Shown here: piece by piece, positions 57,331 through 64,000 of the stretch
Layout: each line of letters opens with the position of its first letter
Position numbering within the stretch: the stretch's first letter is position 1
Position numbers and translations under genes: made by a program
IMG/VR virus record: IMGVR_UViG_3300028603_000038
Coordinates: 6,096 to 70,095 of that record
Strand: one strand, 5' to 3'
DNA: 64,000 bases
Origin: a virus
Taxonomy: Duplodnaviria; Caudoviricetes
The notes under the pieces: generated by a model
What the model was told of the DNA's origin: nothing
The model's database searches: none
The model's input: only the letters and a program-made list of their open reading frames with translations

Positions 57331-58419
57331 ATGCAATTCGTTGCCAAAAATAAAGACCTTCATAGTGCACTAACTATAGCCAAAAAATTTGCTTACCCAG
57401 CTACGCATTCGGTTATTGTAGTTAAAAAAGACAAAGCTTATTTTTTTATTGATTCAATTCAAGCGGTAGTACAAACTTCTTTCCCTGTAGAAACAGTAGA
57501 GAAAGAAGGGATTGCTGAATTCGATTTTGATTTGTTTCTGGGTTCAGTAAAAAATAATAATGAATCAGTTTCCGTGTCTACTTCCAGTACATTGATAACT
57601 ATCAAAGCTGGCCGAATGAAAGCAGACCTACCTAAAGTAGACGCGGTGGACGGCACCCCTAAATTGAAAGCCCCGGAATCTGGTGTGTCGTTTCCGAAAT
57701 CTCTGGTTGAAAAGTTGGATAAACTTATTCCTGCTATTACTGTAATCGACACTAAACTTAAAATGGAATCTGCTATTCACTTTCGTTTCGACAAAGGTAA
57801 GTTAAACATAATGTCAGCTTCCTTTGCCGAAATGGCTCAAGTTTGTGTTGAAGCACCTAAACAAAAGGAGACTATTGAATTTTCGGTAACCTCGAAATTG
57901 TTTTCTTTGATTAGATCGGCTTCTGCAAAGAGTAAATACAAAATTCGCTTTAACGATAATTTCATGTATGTAGACCTTAACGATGGTCAGACGCTAGTTA
58001 AACTGGAAGCTTACTCGTCAGAAATTCAGCCTGACGTTATTGAAGCAAAGGTAAGTTCTATTTTAGAACAAACACCAATTGCCACTGTTAAAGTTAATCC
58101 GAAAGACTTTTCAGAATTGTTCAAAAATAAACAAGCTTTCATAGGCGAGCAAACTACCGCTGAAATCACAGTTAAAAAAGATAAGCTACTAATAGAAATT
58201 CAAGGTCCGCAAGGTGCGGTTATCCAACAACAAGTACCTGTTAAGAAATCGAAGGGTGGGAAAGACGAATTGTTCTCTTTCTTCCCATCCATATTAGCTG
58301 CATCTTTTAACCGACTGAAAGACGCCGATTGTGCAACGTTGGAGTTCTACGGACCTGCAATGTTTATACGTTCAACCGCCGAGGAAGAAAAAGTAAATTT
58401 TCTTATCATGCGCGTTTAG
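57331..58419 (+). CDS. DNA sliding clamp, DnaN/beta-like
   Basis: 362 aa (beta-clamp size); MQFVAKNKDLHSAL start, three repeated alpha/beta units and terminal FLIMRV resemble DnaN. Confidence 0.7.
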   Translation: MQFVAKNKDLHSALTIAKKFAYPATHSVIVVKKDKAYFFIDSIQAVVQTSFPVETVEKEGIAEFDFDLFLGSVKNNNESVSVSTSSTLITIKAGRMKADLPKVDAVDGTPKLKAPESGVSFPKSLVEKLDKLIPAITVIDTKLKMESAIHFRFDKGKLNIMSASFAEMAQVCVEAPKQKETIEFSVTSKLFSLIRSASAKSKYKIRFNDNFMYVDLNDGQTLVKLEAYSSEIQPDVIEAKVSSILEQTPIATVKVNPKDFSELFKNKQAFIGEQTTAEITVKKDKLLIEIQGPQGAVIQQQVPVKKSKGGKDELFSFFPSILAASFNRLKDADCATLEFYGPAMFIRSTAEEEKVNFLIMRV

Positions 58420-58429
58420 GTAGTAAGTT

Positions 58430-58762
58430 ATGAAAAAATTTCTAGCGGGGTTACACTACCCCGCTACTTTTATGGAGTTTATAACCATACACTATTCAAA
58501 AATAGAGAGTCTTGATAAAAAGAATTTACGTTATATACGATTAGAGGCTTTTGATTTTTTTCAAAACATATTTATTGAGAAAGGTATAACTAAAGACGAG
58601 TACATAAAAAAACTATTCGATACTCATGTTAACGTTAACAATACCCTGGGTAGTTTATCAATAACAATTGATTCTCCCTTATCCGTTATTGCAGACGGTG
58701 ACCTTAGAACTAAAGCCGCCATTGAAGCATATACAAAATTTACAAATGAAATGAGTAAATAA
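58430..58762 (+). CDS. Hypothetical protein (start uncertain: 58430 or 58472)
   Basis: ORF; a terminator-like hairpin lies at 58443-58470. Confidence 0.55.
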   Translation: MKKFLAGLHYPATFMEFITIHYSKIESLDKKNLRYIRLEAFDFFQNIFIEKGITKDEYIKKLFDTHVNVNNTLGSLSITIDSPLSVIADGDLRTKAAIEAYTKFTNEMSK

Positions 58763-58763
58763 C

Positions 58764-59183
58764 ATGACAAAAATATTTGGCGAGAAAACTTTTTCCACGG
58801 CACCTTCTGAACTACATGTTAAAGATATAGCAGAACGTATCAAAGAATTAACACCCAGTAAACTTAGTTCAACAAATTTACCAGAGTCTTCTTTACTGCC
58901 GTCGGTTACTTCAACTATTCGCAATATAACAGTAGCGTCTTTAGAGAAATCTCTAAATGAGAACTTTATTTACGAGACACCTTACCCTACTCTTATTTCT
59001 GAATTGGTTAAAGTTAACGAGTCCTCGCCTAATAGTATTGATATTTTCTTTCCGTCCCCGGAATACTTGAGCGAGTGTATAAATATACCGTTTCCAATTT
59101 TGAATGTGTATAAAGACTACTTGAATAATTTGTCGCAAGTTAAAGAAAACCAACTAGGTAGGTTTGCTGTTTATGAACGTTAA
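58764..59183 (+). CDS. Hypothetical protein
   Basis: Coupled ORF. Confidence 0.65.
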   Translation: MTKIFGEKTFSTAPSELHVKDIAERIKELTPSKLSSTNLPESSLLPSVTSTIRNITVASLEKSLNENFIYETPYPTLISELVKVNESSPNSIDIFFPSPEYLSECINIPFPILNVYKDYLNNLSQVKENQLGRFAVYER

Positions 59184-59195
59184 AAAGGATTCTGA

Positions 59196-59630
59196 ATGAA
59201 ACGATTACAAGGCAAAAAGATAAAACTGATGGATTCCCCATCTAACTGTTTACGACGAATTTCAGTAGATAAGTATAAACCGTTTATTTTTCTTCCAAGT
59301 GAAAACCATTTTTCTAATTTGTATTTGAACCACTTGGAACTCACTACTGAGTTACCTTATTTAGACATATACACTGTTCATTCTGAAAGTATTGAAGGGC
59401 TTCGTTGTGGTTATTGTTTCGACACTGCTGTTACACCAGTATTCGGTAAAAATTTCTTAATCGCTGCTTCAAATAAAATAACACATGACATTAATGATAT
59501 AGGGGAAGCTAACTTTATTATCTCCCTTAAAATTAAAATCAAAACTTGCAATATCTACACTATGGAAGGTCTTGCTAGTATGATTACTATCGGTACGGAT
59601 TCAAAAGTTAGAGAAGCTTTAGAAATATAA
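59196..59630 (+). CDS. Hypothetical protein
   Basis: ORF with AAGGA SD. Confidence 0.65.
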   Translation: MKRLQGKKIKLMDSPSNCLRRISVDKYKPFIFLPSENHFSNLYLNHLELTTELPYLDIYTVHSESIEGLRCGYCFDTAVTPVFGKNFLIAASNKITHDINDIGEANFIISLKIKIKTCNIYTMEGLASMITIGTDSKVREALEI

Positions 59631-59693
59631 CTAGGTATAGTGTAGATTATATGGCAACCACAGAAACATTAACTTATATGGGGGTGACTGATA

Positions 59694-60101
59694 ATGATAA
59701 CGGGTTCAAAAGAGTTTACTCTTATTCCGTTCCTGCATGATTGTTTTACTCCGGAAAAATTATTTGCAATTTCTAAAGCCGGGTATTCGCGCCTACCTTT
59801 CTGTATAGATAAAGATGTTAGCTATACAATATTTCAAGACATTATTAATTGTCTTGAAACTGACTTGGGTTTCTCAAAACACTCGGAATATGAATACATA
59901 ACACCGTACAACTTGATTATTGAGATAGTCCGAAGAGATATACATAAATACACCATTCGCGGTCATAGTTTTTACTGCGTGGTTAGCAGAAAATTTAAAG
60001 TAGATTCTGAAACTCTTAACAATCTTATAAAGACATTATCTACAACTAATCGTGTTTTCCAAGAAGACAATTTAACTTTCAACCGCCCATTTTTGGTGTG
60101 A
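59694..60101 (+). CDS. Hypothetical protein
   Basis: ORF with GGGGTG SD. Confidence 0.6.
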   Translation: MITGSKEFTLIPFLHDCFTPEKLFAISKAGYSRLPFCIDKDVSYTIFQDIINCLETDLGFSKHSEYEYITPYNLIIEIVRRDIHKYTIRGHSFYCVVSRKFKVDSETLNNLIKTLSTTNRVFQEDNLTFNRPFLV

Positions 60102-60102
60102 T

Positions 60103-60411
60103 ATGAAACCTTCTGTCCCTTTTTACCCAAGTGCTAGTGAATACTTTGTAAGTCTGCCTAGAGGTTCCAAAATTCCCAGAGGCTTGAATAAAAAATTACA
60201 GTCTATAGTAGTGGAAAAAGTTGATGCCGAGATAAATAGTATTTTAGGTTGTGAAGATCACCAACAAACTACTTCTTTACCTAAGATGTATTGTTTTAAC
60301 GGAATTTACTTTTACAGCATTAATAACACTATAAGTCTGAACTCCGAAAACTACAACATGACATTATTTAAAGTTAACCGTCCTGTAGGTCTACCTAATT
60401 GCTTTGTGTGA
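60103..60411 (+). CDS. Hypothetical protein
   Basis: Coupled ORF ending at a terminator. Confidence 0.6.
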   Translation: MKPSVPFYPSASEYFVSLPRGSKIPRGLNKKLQSIVVEKVDAEINSILGCEDHQQTTSLPKMYCFNGIYFYSINNTISLNSENYNMTLFKVNRPVGLPNCFV

Positions 60412-60446
60412 AAAACGCCAGTGGGTTAACGCTCACTGGCGTTTTT
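60411..60446. terminator. Rho-independent terminator
   Basis: AAAAACGCCAGTG...CACTGGCGTTTTTT. Confidence 0.85.
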
Positions 60447-60462
60447 TATTTCCGGTTGAAAA

Positions 60463-60472
60463 CTGTAAAGTG
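60463..60472 (+). promoter_or_regulatory. Promoter-like motif A upstream of the helicase N-half
   Basis: CTGTAAAGTG after a terminator and 25 nt before the ATG. Confidence 0.65.
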
Positions 60473-60497
60473 TGTTATCGAACAGTAGAGAATATTC

Positions 60498-61553
60498 ATG
60501 ACTGACATAATTGTAAAAGACCGTATCTATATAAGAAAAGATTTAGTAGACCGTAGTGAATTAAAACGTATCTATGTGCATCAAGCTTACAAGGAAGACT
60601 CTTGCCAAAAGTGTCCTTCATTAGAAGACCGGCACTCTCACGTGTGTGATGAATGTCCTGCTTACTTAGGTCTTTACGAACTGTACAACAAAAAGAAATT
60701 CAAAGATAAAACCTACTATGGTATTTCTTTAGGCAAACGCGGCGAGTATAAAGAAGTACTCAAAGACAAAGTTAAGAAGAAAAAGCTTGAAGTAAAAGAC
60801 CTTCGTTGTAACGCGAAGATGAAGCACAAAATTAAGTTTACTGGTACTTTAACTAAGCAGCAAATTAAACCCGTAAACACTATGACTAAAAAAGACTACG
60901 GTATTTTAGAATCTCCGGCTCGTTCAGGTAAGACGGTGATGATGACCGCTGTAGCTATCAATAAGGGAAAACGTACTTTAGTACTTGCTGCACAAACGGA
61001 CTGGCTTTCTGGTTTTTACGAAACAATATGTGGGTCAAAAACTCAGAAGGCTTTAACTAACGTACCTAAACTTGAAAAGAAATACGGGTATCCGATTTGT
61101 GTGTTTGCAAAGAAGTATGAAGACTTCGTTAACCCAAACCATGATATTGTTTTGGTTACTTACCAAACGTTCCTTTCTAAGCGAGGCCAAAAGCTTTTAA
61201 AGAAAATAGTTGGAACCTTTGGTACTATAATGGTAGACGAATGTTTAAGTGGGGATACCAAAGTAGCTACTGGGTTTAATGGAGAATGGGAATACTTAAA
61301 AACTCTATATTCTGAACCTAGCAAACATAAAGTGTTATCCTACAATCATTCCACCAAAGAGAGAGAGTTAAAATCTATATTAGGGGTTAGTACTACTGAG
61401 AAGAAAACCTACTATGAAATTGAACTAGAAGACGGTAGTATTTTTAAATGCTCCGCTATGCATGAATTCTGGTCTAATACAAGAAACGAATATGTTATGG
61501 CCTGTGATCTTCAAGTCGGTGAAGACTTCATGACTTTAGACAACTCCGTATAA
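60498..61553 (+). CDS. SF2 (UvsW/ResIII-like) helicase N-half fused to split intein N-fragment
   Basis: SPARSGKT Walker A, LVTYQT and MVDE (first half of Walker B), followed immediately by intein block A CLSGDT. Confidence 0.92.
   Translation: MTDIIVKDRIYIRKDLVDRSELKRIYVHQAYKEDSCQKCPSLEDRHSHVCDECPAYLGLYELYNKKKFKDKTYYGISLGKRGEYKEVLKDKVKKKKLEVKDLRCNAKMKHKIKFTGTLTKQQIKPVNTMTKKDYGILESPARSGKTVMMTAVAINKGKRTLVLAAQTDWLSGFYETICGSKTQKALTNVPKLEKKYGYPICVFAKKYEDFVNPNHDIVLVTYQTFLSKRGQKLLKKIVGTFGTIMVDECLSGDTKVATGFNGEWEYLKTLYSEPSKHKVLSYNHSTKERELKSILGVSTTEKKTYYEIELEDGSIFKCSAMHEFWSNTRNEYVMACDLQVGEDFMTLDNSV
61242..61550 (+). mobile_element. Split intein N-fragment (IntN, 103 aa)
   Basis: Cys1 in CLSGDTKV, VLSYN, YEIELEDG and block B CSAMHEFW; ends VMACDLQVGEDF, then stop. 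Confidence 0.93.
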
Positions 61554-62650
61554 GTGTGTCTCCACCATTTTTTAGGTAACCGTATGCGTTTACCATTATT
61601 GCTCATTACTAATACTTTATATTTGTATCCTTGTTTGATTGCAGCTCTTCTTTTCTTCACTAGAAGGTAAAAAAGTTCTGAGGGCTTTCCATAATATTTA
61701 ATCCCTGTTTTTTGCATACCCATCGTTACCAAAGACTTAACTTCTACAAGTGTGTTGCTCGTAGGTATGTAGAAATCAGGATAATGTTTCTTGTTACCGT
61801 TATGTTTGAAATGTATAACTGGAACTTTACCGCTGGAATTTTCAACTATCTCTTTCAATTTAATTTTCTTTCTATTAACTAAATATTCTAGTGCTTGTGG
61901 CTCAAACCCCATTAAGTTAAAGCTACGACCTTTTAGTTTAACATTCTTATATTTAGATACTTTGTTGCAGTTAGGGCAACCTTTCTGACAGCTAACTTTC
62001 CTTAAAACGTTGTCACCTCTCATTACTTTTTCATACCCGCATTTAGTGCAAGTGTGTATAGCAGGTAAAGAAATGCCTACCCACTGTACATTGCGTTTAA
62101 CCGCAAAAGGTATTTTCATTTCTCGTAGTTTTTTGTTATACCTAGCTTTAGTCCACTTTATATTGTTACATGAACACTTTGAACACCCATACAAGTTTTT
62201 CTTAATTCTTCGTTCTACATAATTTGAGTCGATAGTGTAAAGTGACTTGCACACTAAACAAGTGTGTTTTACAGGCGTCATTGTATTTAAAAAATTCCCC
62301 AGAGGTTTTAAACCTGCTTTTTTGCACAAAGCTTCGTATTGTTTTTGAGAATACTTGGCATTCTTTGACTTTATTCCACGTCTTAATTTTCGTTGTGTGA
62401 GTCCTGCCTTTTGGGCTGCCAATTTACGTTGGCAATTAGGGCAAAATTTCTCGTGCTTTAATTTTATTTTCTTGTCTAGGTCTTTTACTTTTTTAACAAA
62501 TTCTGTTTTGCACGTAATGCATAATAAATTTACTTTTTCCTCTCTAGTTATATATTCGTTACTTTTTAAAAGTCTAACTTCTGGGTAATAAGTTTTCAAT
62601 TGTTTTTTGAATTCTGTCGCTTTCACATATTTATAATTCATATCGTACAC
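61511..62650 (-). mobile_element. Free-standing homing endonuclease-like gene, zinc-ribbon repeats plus PD-(D/E)XK domain
   Basis: Six CxxC pairs in repeated units; C-terminal HYPDFYIPTSNTLVEVKS; sits antisense between the intein halves. Confidence 0.8.
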
Positions 62651-62690
62651 CCAACGTCATATCAACCTACTAAAATTAGTGAGATGCAAA

Positions 62691-62813
62691 ATGAAAGTTA
62701 AAAGTATTAAACGGGTAGACTGTAATATCAATCTATATGATATATCTGTTGAGGGTAATAACAATTTTTTTGCTTCTCCTGAAGGTTCAGATAAATTCTC
62801 ACTTACCCATAAC
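62691..62813 (+). mobile_element. Split intein C-fragment (IntC, about 41 aa)
   Basis: MKVKSIKRV, block F YDISVEGNNNFFA and block G THN followed by Cys+1. Confidence 0.93.
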
Positions 62814-63653
62814 TGCGATATGGTTCCTGCTGATAGATTCGTTAGCATCATCAACTCTTTCGAGTCTAAAGTGCGACAAGGTTGCACAGGTACAACCGAC
62901 AGAAAAGACGGTAAATACTTTCTTGTCGATCATGTCATTGGCCCTATTAAAGCTAAAACCAAAATCGAAACGCTTACACCTACTGTAGAGTTTATTGAAA
63001 CAGGTATAAAAATTTCGCATGAATATAAAGTATTGGCTTACGCTTACCGAGCATTGGAACAGCATAAGGCAAGAAACAGGGTAATTCTTGAATGGATTAA
63101 ACATGACTTGAAGCAAGGGCATTCTATTGTTATTCCAGTTGCTACTGTTAAGCAGTGTTTGAAATTGACTGACATGGTTAACAAAGCAATGAAGGAAGAC
63201 GTAGCGGTTGCATTTACAGCGGCTAAAATTAAAAACAAAAAACAACGCGATCAATTAATCCAAGATTTGCGCAATCGTAGATACACTGTAGCAATTGGTA
63301 TTCGCAGAATTTTGCAGCGTGGTATTAACGTCCCTACGTGGTCTGCTTTGTACGAAGTAACTCCTATTAGTAACGTACCTAATCAAACTCAGGAAACTGC
63401 GCGTATCCGAACTAAAATGGAAGGTAAGTTAGACCCGGTAGTCCGTCACTTCCTAGACGATTTTGGTTTTGCTAGAGGTTGTTTGCGAACGTCTTTGTTC
63501 CGCGTTTATATTCCTCAGAAATTCAAGATTAGTAAACAAAACTTCGACATATCTAAAAAGTATACGAAGCAAGGTGTAGTAACCAACAGACAAACAATGT
63601 TACCGGGAAAGACTAATAAAGTTAAAACCCGCAAACGATCATTAGACTGGTGA
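62691..63653 (+). CDS. Split intein C-fragment fused to helicase C-half (track start GTG 62679; ATG 62691 preferred)
   Basis: After HN comes CDMVPADRF, completing Walker B; then GCTGTTDRKDG motif III, RGINVP motif V and QETARIR motif VI. Confidence 0.92.
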   Translation: MKVKSIKRVDCNINLYDISVEGNNNFFASPEGSDKFSLTHNCDMVPADRFVSIINSFESKVRQGCTGTTDRKDGKYFLVDHVIGPIKAKTKIETLTPTVEFIETGIKISHEYKVLAYAYRALEQHKARNRVILEWIKHDLKQGHSIVIPVATVKQCLKLTDMVNKAMKEDVAVAFTAAKIKNKKQRDQLIQDLRNRRYTVAIGIRRILQRGINVPTWSALYEVTPISNVPNQTQETARIRTKMEGKLDPVVRHFLDDFGFARGCLRTSLFRVYIPQKFKISKQNFDISKKYTKQGVVTNRQTMLPGKTNKVKTRKRSLDW

Positions 63654-63657
63654 CCTT

Positions 63658-63912
63658 ATGTTTCAAACTAAAGTAGTGGTAAAGAAAGTATCAAAGGACA
63701 CTTATACAGCGTTGTCTCTAAATACAATGCAATGTGCGACAGGTATTTCAGAAAAAGACGCATTAAAAGAATTGGAATTAAAACTGAAAAATTGTAGTAA
63801 TTTTAATACTGCTCCTTTCTTTTACCACGCTTTGTACCTATTTGGGGTACTTACTTATAATTTGTTTAATATTAAGTCGCATTCTATTTGGTACGAAACG
63901 GTGGACGAATGA
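63658..63912 (+). CDS. Hypothetical protein (84 aa)
   Basis: Coupled ORF. Confidence 0.55.
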   Translation: MFQTKVVVKKVSKDTYTALSLNTMQCATGISEKDALKELELKLKNCSNFNTAPFFYHALYLFGVLTYNLFNIKSHSIWYETVDE

Positions 63913-64000
63913 AACTTAAACTCAAGGAAAAGGACGTTGAATTAGCCCGTCGTTTCGGTATGCCGCAAGCAATAGAAACCTGCGCGCCTTTTTCTATTGA
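63909..64000 (+). CDS. Partial ORF truncated by the window end
   Basis: ATGA overlap with the previous stop; MKLKLKEKDVELARRFG... stays open to the end of the window. Confidence 0.5.
   Translation, partial: MKLKLKEKDVELARRFGMPQAIETCAPFSI

Noticed and set aside
61553-62690. Group I intron interrupting the helicase
   Set aside because: Both flanks carry complete intein blocks (A/B and F/G), and the endonuclease ORF fills essentially the whole gap, leaving no room for a ribozyme core.

Overview
The window is a 64-kb piece of a large, AT-rich, contractile-tailed (myovirus-type) dsDNA phage genome, probably a jumbo phage. The gene inventory reminds me of RSL1/PaBG/Lu11-like phages, but that is unverified inference. 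Order from left to right: a leftward SF2-helicase-like gene flanked by structured non-coding DNA (candidate origin, 3033-4354); head genes (scaffold-like, decoration, major capsid); neck and appendage genes; topoisomerase IB; an inverted thyA cassette; a holin-like gene; sheath, tube, chaperone, tape measure and baseplate genes; three tandem 7-bladed beta-propeller fibre genes; head/neck genes; HNH, a giant SNF2 helicase, a PG-binding protein and an ADP-ribosyltransferase-like protein; a family A DNA polymerase with a UDG-like N-terminus; a beta-clamp-like protein; and an SF2 helicase. The best-supported highlight is that this last helicase is fractured by a naturally split intein inserted in its Walker B motif, with an antisense PD-(D/E)XK endonuclease gene between the halves. 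Other highlights: (1) 21 near-identical 138-bp propeller blades whose variation sits on one predicted face; (2) a 20-aa WW..LT...Q.EY...H.NS motif shared by two unrelated enzymes, a candidate virion-cargo tag; (3) 13 E-T-A motifs across head proteins, candidate maturation-protease sites; (4) a dyad of four GA-flanked C-GAA-G DNA hairpins in the candidate origin; (5) a single-box promoter-like motif CTGTAAAGTG; (6) a candidate +1 frameshift in the tail chaperone. I saw no tRNA, rRNA, CRISPR array, integrase or reverse transcriptase. All functional calls rest on motif recognition and synteny; no database search was run.
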